From an uncultured Alphaproteobacteria bacterium (lineage in GTDB: Bacteria > Pseudomonadota > Alphaproteobacteria > HIMB59), in contig CACMGP010000002.1 in NCBI GenBank assembly GCA_902613185.1, positions 35,378 through 99,377 on the forward strand: a DNA stretch of 64,000 bases. The letters are read 5' to 3'. A model generated the notes under the pieces. It was not told the origin of the DNA. It saw only the letters and a list, made by a program, of their open reading frames with translations, and did not search any database. A program made the translations under genes and the position numbers. Positions 1-9,714 of the stretch are shown piece by piece. The stretch's first letter is position 1. Each line of letters opens with the position of its first letter.

Positions 1-441
1 CCAATGATGGATATTCATCCTCCAGGCACAAAATTTAAAATTGGAAAATCTATTGTGGTAAAAAAAGGAGAGGATTTAACAATTGTAGCAACTGGTGAAA
101 CTTTGCAACGAGCATACTTGGCTAGTGAAATTTTAAAAAAAAGTAATATTCATTGTTCAATTATCAGTATGCATACAATAAAGCCCTTTGATAAAGAGAC
201 ATTTATAGAATTTTCTCAAAACTCTAAAGCAATTTTAACAGTCGAAGAACATAGTATATTTGGAGGACTTGGTGAATGTTGTGCGAGCCTAATTGCTCAA
301 AACAATATAAATGTAAAACTCAAAATACTTGGAATACCTGATGAATATATGATTAATGGATCTCAAGCTGATGTATTAGATCATTATGATATGAGTCCGG
401 AAAAGATAGCTGAAATATCAAAAGACTTACTTAACAAATGA
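1..441 (+). CDS. Transketolase C-terminal subunit (split transketolase, AptB-like), 5'-truncated by the window edge
   Basis: Frame is open from base 1. GKS...GEDLTIVATGE, SMHTIKPFD and TVEEHSIFGGLG motifs of the transketolase C-terminal domain. Confidence 0.9.
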   Translation, partial: PMMDIHPPGTKFKIGKSIVVKKGEDLTIVATGETLQRAYLASEILKKSNIHCSIISMHTIKPFDKETFIEFSQNSKAILTVEEHSIFGGLGECCASLIAQNNINVKLKILGIPDEYMINGSQADVLDHYDMSPEKIAEISKDLLNK

Positions 442-1913
442 GTTATATAACTATTGACTCAAGTACGTCATCTACAACAGTTATTGTTTTTAATGAAAAA
501 TTAGAGATCGTAAAAAGATTTCAAAAGGGACACCGGCAAATAATTACAGATGAAGGTTATATTGAACACGATTTAGAAGAAATTTATCAAAACTTATTAG
601 AGTTAGTTAAAAAGGCATCAGAAATTATGTCAAATCCTAAATTCATCAGTCTAACTAACCAAAGAGAAACATTTACACTTTTTAATAAAAAAGATGGAAA
701 ACCAATACATAATGCAGTTGTTTGGCAGTGCACTAGAGGTCAAAAAATTTGTGAGGATATTCTAAACGATAAGTCAAAAAATAATGAAATTATTGATAAA
801 ACTGGTCTTAAACCAAATACTTTTTTTTCTGGCAGTAAATTAAAATGGGTTTATGAGAACAAATCAGAAGTTAAATCGAAAATTGACAATGGGGATATCT
901 TATTTGGAACAATCGAAACATATCTCATCTATAGACTTACAAACCTAAATTCTTATGTGACTGATACTACAAATGCATCAAGAACCTTATTATTTAATTG
1001 TTTAGAAAATTCGTGGGATCAAAATTTATTAAATATTTTTAATTGCAATAATTTGAAACTTCCAAAAATACTCAATAGTTCAAATATTTTTGGAGAGAGT
1101 GATTTTAATAAAGCATTTAAAAAGTTAATACCTATAATTGGAGTTGCTGGTGATGCGCAAGCTTCATTTTTTGCAAATTTTTGTTTTGATAAAGGTGATA
1201 CTAAAATCACGACAGGAACTGGTTTTAACATTCAAACAAACATTGGCAATGAGATGATTATCGATGAAAATTCATTAACCTCCCTGGCTTTCACAAGTGA
1301 TAAACAGAATATCTATGCATTAGAGTGCCTAAACTCATTCGCTGGAGGAACGATTACATGGCTTAAAAACAATTTAAAATTAATTGATAAGCCTGAGGAT
1401 AGTGAAGTCTTATCAAAAAAAGAAAAAGATAATAATGGAGTCTATCTAATACCTGCCTTTTCAGGGCTAGGTCCTCCATTTTGGATATCAGACGCTAGGG
1501 CTGCATTCTTTGGAATAAGTGCATCTACAAATACCAATCATTTGGTCAGAGCTGGATTAGAGTCTGTTGCTTATCAAGTGGTGGTGTATTTAGAGTTTAT
1601 GAAAAAATCAAGAAATCTTGATTTAAAAAATTTGTCCATTGATGGTGGTATGATAAAAAATAAGTTTTTCCTTCAAATTATTAGTAACCTTTTAGAAATT
1701 GAGTTAAATATCCCTGAAATGGAGGATATGTCATCGTATGGTGCGTTACTTTTTGGAATGCAGTATTATCATAATTTAAAAAATACCACTGGTTTAAACG
1801 ATTTTAAGGTGAAAGACTCTAAAATTATTCCTAATAACGATGACTCTATAAGAAATTCTTTTAGTTCATGGAAAGAAATAGTTGATAAACATTTCGTGAA
1901 AAATCAAGACTAA
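438..1913 (+). CDS. FGGY-family carbohydrate kinase, glycerol-kinase-like (possible apulose kinase)
   Basis: IDSSTSST, EHDLEEIY, TNQRET, WQC, DTTNASRTLLFN, GDAQA, PAFSGLGPPFW and DGG motifs. Diverged from canonical GlpK (DQGTTS/GDQQA). 4-nt overlap with the transketolase gene. Confidence 0.85.
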   Translation: MSYITIDSSTSSTTVIVFNEKLEIVKRFQKGHRQIITDEGYIEHDLEEIYQNLLELVKKASEIMSNPKFISLTNQRETFTLFNKKDGKPIHNAVVWQCTRGQKICEDILNDKSKNNEIIDKTGLKPNTFFSGSKLKWVYENKSEVKSKIDNGDILFGTIETYLIYRLTNLNSYVTDTTNASRTLLFNCLENSWDQNLLNIFNCNNLKLPKILNSSNIFGESDFNKAFKKLIPIIGVAGDAQASFFANFCFDKGDTKITTGTGFNIQTNIGNEMIIDENSLTSLAFTSDKQNIYALECLNSFAGGTITWLKNNLKLIDKPEDSEVLSKKEKDNNGVYLIPAFSGLGPPFWISDARAAFFGISASTNTNHLVRAGLESVAYQVVVYLEFMKKSRNLDLKNLSIDGGMIKNKFFLQIISNLLEIELNIPEMEDMSSYGALLFGMQYYHNLKNTTGLNDFKVKDSKIIPNNDDSIRNSFSSWKEIVDKHFVKNQD

Positions 1914-1936
1914 AAAATTAAAATTTAGCTAGCATG

Positions 1937-1981
1937 TTGACGTGACAATAGGATATTGTAAATGTGACTATATATAGGAGG
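1937..1981 (+). promoter_or_regulatory. frcB promoter region: -35-like TTGACG (1937-1942), operator-like repeats and strong SD AGGAGG (1976-1981)
   Basis: Motifs read directly. ACAATA-GGA-TATTGT inverted repeat at 1945-1959. No clean -10 was identified. Confidence 0.5.
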
Positions 1982-1989
1982 AAATAACT

Positions 1990-3024
1990 ATGAGAAAATT
2001 ATCTCTAGTTCTAGCTTCACTTATGGCTGTTGCTTTTACTTTTGCTACTATGCCAGCAAAAGCAGGAAGCCACGCTGTTGAAGCTTGCTTAATTACAAAA
2101 ACAGACATCAACCCTTTCTTCGTTAAAATGAAAGAAGGAGCTGAAGCGAGAGCTAATGAATTAGGTGTCAAATTATCATTCTTTGCGGGTAAAGTTGATG
2201 GTGACCATGAGACTCAAGTAAGAGCTATTGAGACTTGTATTGCTTCAGGTGCAAAAGGTATTTTAATTGCTGCATCTGACACAAAAGCTATTGTTACTCC
2301 ATTAAAAAATGCTCAAGACAATGGTTTACTAGTTATTGCTCTTGACACACCACTAGAGCCAATTACAGCTGCAGACTCTACTTTTGCAACTGATAACTTC
2401 AAGGCAGGTGAGTTAGGTGGAGCTTGGGTTGCTGCAAAGTTAGGAGCAGATGCTGCTAATGCCAAAATTGCAATGTTAGACCTTAACGAGAGTCAACCTT
2501 CTGTTGGTGTTCTTAGAGATCAAGGTTTCTTATCTGGATTTGGAATCGATGTAAAAGATGTTTCCAGATGGGGAGATGAGGATGATCCAAGAATTATCTG
2601 TAATGAAGTTACAAACGGTAACGAAGAAGGTGGAAGAACTGCAATGGAAAAATGTCTACAAAAAGATCCAGACATAAACGTTGTATACACTATTAATGAA
2701 CCAGCAGCTGTTGGTGCTTATGAGGCATTAAAAGCAGTTGGAAAAGATGATGGTAGCGTTCTTATTGCTTCAGTTGACGGAGGTTGCCCAGGTGTGGCTG
2801 ACGTTGAAAGAGGAATTATAGGTGCTACATCTCAGCAATACCCATTGTTAATGGCTTCACTTGGTGTTGAGGCGATTAAAGCTTGGGCTGAAGATGGTTC
2901 AAAGCCTGAAAATACTCCAGGTCTTGACTTCTTTAACACTGGTGTGAACTTAGTTACAGATGATGCTGCTAGCGGAGTTCCATCAATTAGTGTCAAAGAA
3001 GGCATGGATAGATGTTGGGGTTAA
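1990..3024 (+). CDS. frcB: Sugar ABC transporter substrate-binding protein, FrcB type (fructose/mannose/ribose)
   Basis: Signal peptide; [42 protein letters not shown] and QQYPLLMA motifs; strong SD. Confidence 0.9.
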   Translation: MRKLSLVLASLMAVAFTFATMPAKAGSHAVEACLITKTDINPFFVKMKEGAEARANELGVKLSFFAGKVDGDHETQVRAIETCIASGAKGILIAASDTKAIVTPLKNAQDNGLLVIALDTPLEPITAADSTFATDNFKAGELGGAWVAAKLGADAANAKIAMLDLNESQPSVGVLRDQGFLSGFGIDVKDVSRWGDEDDPRIICNEVTNGNEEGGRTAMEKCLQKDPDINVVYTINEPAAVGAYEALKAVGKDDGSVLIASVDGGCPGVADVERGIIGATSQQYPLLMASLGVEAIKAWAEDGSKPENTPGLDFFNTGVNLVTDDAASGVPSISVKEGMDRCWG

Positions 3025-3040
3025 TCCAATAATTTTATTA

Positions 3041-3066
3041 TTCAGGGCAGATTATTCTGCCCTGAA
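3041..3066 (+). terminator. Intercistronic hairpin after frcB (partial terminator or mRNA stabiliser)
   Basis: Perfect 11-bp stem TTCAGGGCAGA / TCTGCCCTGAA with a 4-nt loop TTAT. This position after a binding-protein gene is typical. Confidence 0.75.
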
Positions 3067-3083
3067 GTTATGATATTTTTTAA

Positions 3084-4178
3084 ATGAATAAAGTTTCTGA
3101 TGACATTTCTAAAGATCTAAAAGATCAACCTAAATTCACAACTGATATAGGTGAAAAAGATCAAGATCATCACTCTTTTGATTTAGGTGAACAAACTACA
3201 CTAAAAAAAATTCAACATTTTCTTCACGGTAATCCAACAATAGTTCCTGTTATTATTTTAATATTAAGCGTTATTGCATTCGGCTTCATCGCTGGAGGAA
3301 AATTTTTCTCTGCTTTTAATTTATCTCTGATTGTACAACAAGTTACAATTGTCGGTATTCTTGCAGCTGCTCAAACTTTAATAATATTAACTGCTGGAAT
3401 TGATTTAAGTGTTGCTGCAATGATGGTTTTAGCATCAGTATTTATGGGTAAGCTTTCTGTTGAAATGGGAGTTCCAACCCTCCCAGCAATAGCAGTAGGG
3501 TTTATCTCTGGTATTGCAACAGGTGCTTTCAATGGGTTACTGGTAACCCGCTTAAGATTGCCTCCGTTTATAGTTACTTTAGGAACTTGGAATATATTTT
3601 TTGCACTAGTAATATTCTTTACTGGATCTCAATCTATTAGAAGCTCCGATATTGAAGTAAATGCTCCTCTTCTGCACTTTTGGGGTGAGAGAATAAATCT
3701 TGGGGGTTTTGTATTCACTTACGGTGCGTTTCTCATGATTGGTATTTTCGTTTTTCTCTGGTTTTTACTCAATAAAACTGCTTGGGGGAGGCATGTTTAC
3801 GCAATTGGCGATGATAAGGAGGCTGCTGAGTTATCAGGTATTAGAACTGATAGGATGTTAGTTTCAATTTATGCTGTTGCTGGTCTTGTTGTTGCTATTG
3901 GAGCATGGGTTTCCATAGGTAGAGTTGGTTCAGTTTCTCCAACATCTTTTTATGAGGGTAACTTAGACTCCATCACAGCTGTTGTGATAGGTGGAACATC
4001 TCTTTTTGGTGGAAGGGGCACTATAATTGGATCTTTATTTGGAGCTTTGATTGTGGGTGTATTTAGCTCAGGTCTGTCCATAGCAGGTCTTGATGTATTG
4101 TGGCAAAGATTTGCTTTAGGTTGTCTTATTATAGTAGCTGTTGGAATAGATCAATGGATAAGAAAGGTCTCAGCATAA
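3084..4178 (+). CDS. frcC: Sugar ABC transporter permease
   Basis: Multiple TM helices; GIDLSV, LPPFIVTLG, GRHVYAIGD and AVVIGGTSLFGGRG motifs. Confidence 0.92.
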   Translation: MNKVSDDISKDLKDQPKFTTDIGEKDQDHHSFDLGEQTTLKKIQHFLHGNPTIVPVIILILSVIAFGFIAGGKFFSAFNLSLIVQQVTIVGILAAAQTLIILTAGIDLSVAAMMVLASVFMGKLSVEMGVPTLPAIAVGFISGIATGAFNGLLVTRLRLPPFIVTLGTWNIFFALVIFFTGSQSIRSSDIEVNAPLLHFWGERINLGGFVFTYGAFLMIGIFVFLWFLLNKTAWGRHVYAIGDDKEAAELSGIRTDRMLVSIYAVAGLVVAIGAWVSIGRVGSVSPTSFYEGNLDSITAVVIGGTSLFGGRGTIIGSLFGALIVGVFSSGLSIAGLDVLWQRFALGCLIIVAVGIDQWIRKVSA

Positions 4179-4942
4179 TGCAGCCAGTGCTAGTAGCAAA
4201 TAAGTTGTCAAAAAAATACGGTAAAGTTGTTGCACTCGATAGTGCCGATTTAGAGCTTTATCCAGGTGAGGTTTTGGGAGTAATTGGAGACAATGGTGCT
4301 GGAAAATCTACACTAATTAAGGTTTTATGTGGTGCTGTTATACCTGATAGTGGTGAAATATTGCTTGATGGAAATAAAGTTACTTTTACATCACCCATAG
4401 AAGCAAGAAAATTAGGTATCGAAACTGTTTATCAGAACCTTGCACTTTCACCTGCTTTATCAATCACTGATAATATGTTTTTAGGAAGAGAAATTAGACA
4501 AAAAGGCTTTATGGGTAGTTTTTTAAAATTTTTAGATAAAAAAGCAATGGCAGATGAAGCTAGAAAACGACTGTCTGATCTTGGTCTATTAACCATACAA
4601 AATATAAATCAATTAGTTGAAACATTGTCTGGAGGTCAACGGCAAGGTGTTGCGGTTGCAAGAGCAACATCATTTGGTACTAAAGTCGTTATTATGGATG
4701 AGCCTACTGCCGCTCTAGGTGTCAAAGAAAGTAGAAGAGTTTTAGAATTAATCGGTGAGGTGAGGTCTAGAGGAATTCCCATCATATTAATTTCTCATAA
4801 CATGCCTCATGTGTTTGAAGTAGCTGATAGAATACATATTCATAGACTTGGAACCCGATTATGTGTAATTGACCCAAAGAAACATGAAATGTCTGATGCT
4901 GTCGCATATATGACAGGTGCTAAGCAACCACCTCAAGATTAG
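4178..4942 (+). CDS. frcA: Sugar ABC transporter ATP-binding protein
   Basis: Walker A GDNGAGKST, LSGGQRQ signature, Walker B IMDEPT. Start moved to ATG 4178, overlapping the frcC stop (TAATG), instead of the track start at 4100. Confidence 0.92.
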   Translation: MQPVLVANKLSKKYGKVVALDSADLELYPGEVLGVIGDNGAGKSTLIKVLCGAVIPDSGEILLDGNKVTFTSPIEARKLGIETVYQNLALSPALSITDNMFLGREIRQKGFMGSFLKFLDKKAMADEARKRLSDLGLLTIQNINQLVETLSGGQRQGVAVARATSFGTKVVIMDEPTAALGVKESRRVLELIGEVRSRGIPIILISHNMPHVFEVADRIHIHRLGTRLCVIDPKKHEMSDAVAYMTGAKQPPQD

Positions 4943-5577
4943 TTTATTAAATTAAATTCAGCAGAAATACTTTTACTAATAACATTTAATCCATTTGGAA
5001 GATCATTTTTATAAACTTTATTTTTAATTTGATCATTAGATAGCCCATAACTCTCCCATCTTTCAATTAATCTTTTTTCTAAAATATCTTTATTACAATC
5101 AATCATTATAGTTGTGTCAAAAAAATTATGAATTTTTCTCCATGGTTCTTGATCAAGCAATAAATAATTACCCTCTACTATTATAATTTTTGTATTCTCA
5201 GATATGACTAATGCAGATGATCTTGATAGTTCTAATGATCTATCGAAGATAGGAACAATTACTTCACCCTCATTTTTTAATCTTAATAAACAATTTAATA
5301 AACTTAGTACATCAAATGTTTCTGGTGCCCCTTTTCTCTCAATCAATTTTTTTTTCTCAAGAATATTATTATCTAGATGGAAACCATCCATTTGAAGAAC
5401 ACTTGATTTGTGGTTTTTAGATATTAGTTCGGACTTTAATTTTTCAGATATTGTGCTTTTTCCAGATGCTGGCGCTCCTGCAATTGCAATAAAATAACGA
5501 CTTTGATTAATTTTAATAACATTTTCTAGTATTTTGTTTACTAATTCAGGGAATTCTATTCTTTGGTTACTAGACAT
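4939..5577 (-). CDS. frcK: FrcK-like P-loop kinase (pantothenate/uridine kinase fold)
   Basis: AIAGAPASGKST P-loop, MDGFHLDN, RKGAPETFD and VEGNYLLLD motifs; adjacent to frcBCA. Confidence 0.75.
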   Translation of the reverse strand: MSSNQRIEFPELVNKILENVIKINQSRYFIAIAGAPASGKSTISEKLKSELISKNHKSSVLQMDGFHLDNNILEKKKLIERKGAPETFDVLSLLNCLLRLKNEGEVIVPIFDRSLELSRSSALVISENTKIIIVEGNYLLLDQEPWRKIHNFFDTTIMIDCNKDILEKRLIERWESYGLSNDQIKNKVYKNDLPNGLNVISKSISAEFNLIN

Positions 5578-7024
5578 TTTTTCCTAAATAAAAGCTTTTC
5601 CACCTTAAAAATCTGTCTTTTAAAATATCCGTTTGAATTTCATTCTTGCCTATAATTTTTTTGACTTTTGGAAGACTAAGGGCTTCACTTGGTTTTAAAT
5701 TATTGTAACCAAGAAATGCTATTCTAGCAGCCCCAAAAGCAGCCATTGTATCTGAAGCATCCGTTATAGATAAATCTCTCTCCATCAATGAAGCAAGTAT
5801 TTGTATCCAGCTATCATTTTTAGAACCACCTCCTATTACAAAGATGTTATCTAACTTTATACCTGTCTTAACTAAGGAAGAATAATTATCATATAAACCA
5901 AAAGAAATACCTTCTATTAAACTATATATTAATGTATCTCGATGAGTGTCAATACCCATTTCGTGAAAACTTGCTCTTATATGAGGGTCATTAATTGGGG
6001 TTCTTTCACCTGTGAGATAAGGAAGATAATAAGGGTATCTATTTATATCTGAAAAATTATTTAAAACAGAACTTAACACTTTATTAATCTCATCAATTGA
6101 TGAATTAAAATTATTTATAAACCAATTAACATTTGAGGTACAAGAGAGCATCACTGACATGAGATGCCATGTTTCTGGTAAGCAGTGGCAAAAGGAATGT
6201 ATCGCATCATCATAATTTTTTAAAAAATTTTTTGTTGAGCCAAAAATTACACCAGAAGTACCTAAAGATAATGAAGCATTTCCCTCTTGGTAAAGCCCTA
6301 ATCCAACAGCGGCGGCAGCATTATCTCCTGCTCCACCAAATACTTTGCAAGAGTTATTAAAGCCATATCTTTCTGCAATCTCTTTTTTTATTACACCTGT
6401 TTGATCGGTACCCTCACAAGTTTTAGGCATTTGCGAGATATCCATTGAGCCGATGTCTAAAAGTTTATTAGACCAAGTTCTATTTTTTACATCTAACCAA
6501 TAAGTGCCTGCTGCGTCTGACAAATCACTAAAAAACTCTCCTGTTAAATAAAACCTTAAATAGTCTTTCGGCAATAAAACCTTTGCAATTGAATTAAAAT
6601 TTTTACTTTCGTGTTCTTTCATCCATAAGATTTTTGGTGATGTAAAACCAGGCATTGCTATATTTCCAGCTATATCCATAACAGTCTCGTCAGCCATAAT
6701 ATGACTGCACTGCTTAAAACTACGTGTATCATTCCAAAGTATGCATGGCCTTATGACCTTATAATTTTTATCAATACAAGTTGCACCATGCATATGTCCG
6801 GAAAAAGATACAGCTTTGATCTGAGATAAATCAAATTTCAAAACAATTTGTTTGATACACTGATCTAACGCTTTTATCCAAAATGATGGATCTTGTTCTG
6901 ACCAGCCATTTTGAGGAGTGGACAGTGGTATATCTTCGCTATTTACACTAAACAAAATTTCTTGTTCTTCTCCAAGTAGCAAACACTTCATCGAAGAAGT
7001 ACCAAGATCAATACCTAAATACAT
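5570..7024 (-). CDS. xylB: Xylulokinase (FGGY family)
   Basis: GIDLGTSS, SGHMHG, ILWNDTR, LLPKDYLRF, GAGDNAAAA, SLGTSG and PYLTGERTP motifs. Confidence 0.88.
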   Translation of the reverse strand: MYLGIDLGTSSMKCLLLGEEQEILFSVNSEDIPLSTPQNGWSEQDPSFWIKALDQCIKQIVLKFDLSQIKAVSFSGHMHGATCIDKNYKVIRPCILWNDTRSFKQCSHIMADETVMDIAGNIAMPGFTSPKILWMKEHESKNFNSIAKVLLPKDYLRFYLTGEFFSDLSDAAGTYWLDVKNRTWSNKLLDIGSMDISQMPKTCEGTDQTGVIKKEIAERYGFNNSCKVFGGAGDNAAAAVGLGLYQEGNASLSLGTSGVIFGSTKNFLKNYDDAIHSFCHCLPETWHLMSVMLSCTSNVNWFINNFNSSIDEINKVLSSVLNNFSDINRYPYYLPYLTGERTPINDPHIRASFHEMGIDTHRDTLIYSLIEGISFGLYDNYSSLVKTGIKLDNIFVIGGGSKNDSWIQILASLMERDLSITDASDTMAAFGAARIAFLGYNNLKPSEALSLPKVKKIIGKNEIQTDILKDRFLRWKSFYLGKNV

Positions 7025-7030
7025 TTTTAT

Positions 7031-7078
7031 ATTATATAGAGAATAAAACTATTTTCTATTTTTAGAATTGAGTATAAT
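7031..7078. promoter_or_regulatory. Divergent leaderless-type promoters for xylB and the aldolase-like gene
   Basis: Perfect TATAAT on the minus strand (7036-7031) and on the plus strand (7073-7078), each exactly 6 nt before its ATG. No SD before either gene. Confidence 0.6.
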
Positions 7079-7084
7079 CAAATT

Positions 7085-8077
7085 ATGAAAAAGTCTTTAG
7101 ATCAAAAAATTCTTAGAATAAAAAATAATAAATATTCTCCAAGAGACTTCATTATAGCAGATGCTAAAGATGGCGATCTAGCAATGGGTATCACAACACC
7201 TGGACCAAAAAGAAATGAAAATGGAAAAGTACTAAAAGGATATAAAAATCTAGTAGATTACAAAAATGCAATGATATCGATGACTAAATCTAATTTAGTA
7301 GATATTATGCTGATGTCTGCATCAGTTGGTGAAGATCTTGTAAAAAGAAATTTATTTAAAAATTCAAGTATTACACCTGCTATTAGAATGAATGATACGA
7401 CTGATATCTGGCTGATGAGAAATGGAAATTATAGAAAAACTAATCCTAGACCTTTTCGGTCTGCTCAAATAAACAAAGTAAGTAGATTAGTTAATCTTGG
7501 TTTATTTTCTATAACATTTTCTAATAATGTTGACTATGACCTTGCAATGTTAAATGCCTATAAAGAATATAGAATTGAGGCTTCTAAATATAAATTTAAA
7601 CATTTTTTAGAAGTATTTAATTCCCCGATTGATCTAAATATGAACATAAGACAAATGGGTGACTACATTAACGATTGCATTATAAAAGCAATAGCTGGGC
7701 AAACTAAGGATGAGAGACCTCTTTTTTTGAAAATAGCTTACAATGGTCCAAAAGCAATGGAGGAGCTAGCCAGCTTCGATCCTGAAAATCTTATTGTTGG
7801 TATTCTTGGGGGTAGCAAGGGCACGACAAGAGATTGTTTTGAATTAATTAAAAAAGCCAGTCAATATGGTGCAAAAGTAGCTTTGTTTGGGAGAAAAATT
7901 AACTTAGCTGAAGATCCTATCTTATTAGTAAAAATTATGAGAGAAGTTGTTGAAAGTAACATTAAACCTAAGGATGCTGTAAAACTTTACCATTCTGAAT
8001 TAAAGAAAAATAAACTCATACCCGACAGGAAACTTTTAAAAGACCTTGAGATCACTGAAAAAGTTTTAAAATTATAA
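7085..8077 (+). CDS. Uncharacterised TIM-barrel protein, class I (DhnA/LsrF-like) aldolase-like
   Basis: FLKIAYNGP (candidate Schiff-base Lys), GILGG and LFGRKI occur in the order seen in class Ia aldolases. Sugar-cluster context. Confidence 0.6.
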   Translation: MKKSLDQKILRIKNNKYSPRDFIIADAKDGDLAMGITTPGPKRNENGKVLKGYKNLVDYKNAMISMTKSNLVDIMLMSASVGEDLVKRNLFKNSSITPAIRMNDTTDIWLMRNGNYRKTNPRPFRSAQINKVSRLVNLGLFSITFSNNVDYDLAMLNAYKEYRIEASKYKFKHFLEVFNSPIDLNMNIRQMGDYINDCIIKAIAGQTKDERPLFLKIAYNGPKAMEELASFDPENLIVGILGGSKGTTRDCFELIKKASQYGAKVALFGRKINLAEDPILLVKIMREVVESNIKPKDAVKLYHSELKKNKLIPDRKLLKDLEITEKVLKL

Positions 8078-9049
8078 TTTAGATATATTGGGTAAATTTC
8101 CAGAAGAGGCATTAACTTTTATCATAGATGTCCCAGCTGCATGAGCTTTTTTGAGAGTTTTTTTTATGTCCCAATTTTCATGTATTCCAAATATAAATGC
8201 TGCACAAAAAGCATCTCCAGCTCCAACTGAATTTATTACCCTGCTTTTTGGTAAAACCTTTGATTTAGTGTAAATTTTTTTTGATCTATCAAAATAGAGC
8301 GACTCAGTTGGACTATGAATAACAACTCCTCTAATAATACCCTTTTTGAAAACTTTACTGATTAACTTGATTAAGATTTTTTGATTAAGTTTTTTATTGA
8401 AGTCGTAAATTTTTTTATCAAATAGTATCTCTGCTTCAATTTCATTCAAAAGCAAATAATCGGTGAATGGCAATGAGCTTTCAATAATATTTTTATATTT
8501 AGGGTGCTTATTTGAAACTAAATCTAAAACTGTTATCACATTTTTACTTTTAGCTTTTTTTAAAACTTTTGATAAACGAGTTTTTTTGTCAACATCAAAT
8601 TTGTCCAATTTACCTAATAGTGTAATATATCCGACATAAAGAACTTTAGGTGAAATTTTTAATTGGTTAATTTTAAAATGTTTTTTATCAAGTAAGCTGT
8701 TTGCCCCTGGATAATATAAAAAAGTTCTTTCTTTTTGTTTTTCAAACATACAAACGGTATGAGAAGTAGAAATTTGCTTTGATACAATTAAATATTTAGT
8801 CTCTATTTTATTTTCTCTACAATGTTTTTTTATAATTGATGCATCTGTATCAAGTCCAATTGATCCCATTGCGTACATTGGATGTTTAAATCCTAAAGAA
8901 TTTAAATCCGTCAAAACATTTGATGGACCTCCACCTACGCATTGAAAAGTATTAGAAATTGCTTCTAATTTACCTCTATCAGGTAAATTATCTATTTTGT
9001 ATGTGGTATCTACACACCACATTCCAAGGCCAATTATACCTCTTTGCAT
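8072..9049 (-). CDS. PfkB-family carbohydrate kinase
   Basis: GGGPSNV, ERTFLYYPGAN, LLLNEIEA and NSVGAGDAFCAAF motifs. Confidence 0.9.
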   Translation of the reverse strand: MQRGIIGLGMWCVDTTYKIDNLPDRGKLEAISNTFQCVGGGPSNVLTDLNSLGFKHPMYAMGSIGLDTDASIIKKHCRENKIETKYLIVSKQISTSHTVCMFEKQKERTFLYYPGANSLLDKKHFKINQLKISPKVLYVGYITLLGKLDKFDVDKKTRLSKVLKKAKSKNVITVLDLVSNKHPKYKNIIESSLPFTDYLLLNEIEAEILFDKKIYDFNKKLNQKILIKLISKVFKKGIIRGVVIHSPTESLYFDRSKKIYTKSKVLPKSRVINSVGAGDAFCAAFIFGIHENWDIKKTLKKAHAAGTSMIKVNASSGNLPNISKL

Positions 9050-9714
9050 TATATTTCATTCCAGAGAGGATGTATCGCAACTTCATCTTCTTCAACTTCA
9101 GTAAACCTTCCCACACTTTCTAAAAAATAGTTATCTTTATTATCATCGTTGACTTGAGAAACCTCTCCTGCCATAACCATTCCTGAACCCTCAGCAGAGT
9201 AAAATTTATGATATATGTTTCTTTCAACAGTGACGCTCTGACCTCTTTTTAAAATTAAGGGTTCTCTTGGTGCAACAGAAACTATTTCACCATCAACAAG
9301 AACATCAATTTTAGAGTTTAATTCAATTTGATTTGAGTCGACTTCTAAAAATTCAATTACTAATTCCCCGCCTCCCCGATTAATTATATCTTCTAGTTTT
9401 ACATTATGGCTATGAAAAGGAATTTCTTGACCTTCTCTCATAAACAATAACTTTTCTGCATAGGGTTTGTCATCATTATTACCCTGTATTCCATTCCTTA
9501 TACAAAATAAGGTGATACCTTTTTTTTCAAATTCGCCTTTACCAAAATCAGTAACATCCCAGCCCATTTGATGATTTTTTAAATAATTTTTTAGGTCAGG
9601 ATTATTGTTGTACTCTTCTTTAGACCAATAGCCCCATTTAGGTAGAACCCACGAATATCTATCGATCATATCTTTAGCTTCAGATATTGCAGCATTTATT
9701 TCAGATCTTTTCAT
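9049..9714 (-). CDS. D-lyxose/D-mannose family ketol-isomerase (cupin, DUF1498 type)
   Basis: MKRSEIN, GWDVTDFG, TLFCIRNG, YAEKLL, PFHSH..KLEDIINRGGG and EVSQVNDD..DNYF motifs. Confidence 0.88.
   Translation of the reverse strand: MKRSEINAAISEAKDMIDRYSWVLPKWGYWSKEEYNNNPDLKNYLKNHQMGWDVTDFGKGEFEKKGITLFCIRNGIQGNNDDKPYAEKLLFMREGQEIPFHSHNVKLEDIINRGGGELVIEFLEVDSNQIELNSKIDVLVDGEIVSVAPREPLILKRGQSVTVERNIYHKFYSAEGSGMVMAGEVSQVNDDNKDNYFLESVGRFTEVEEDEVAIHPLWNEI

Noticed and set aside
438-1913. Calling this gene glpK
   Set aside because: Key GlpK motifs are altered, and the transketolase context suggests a different substrate.
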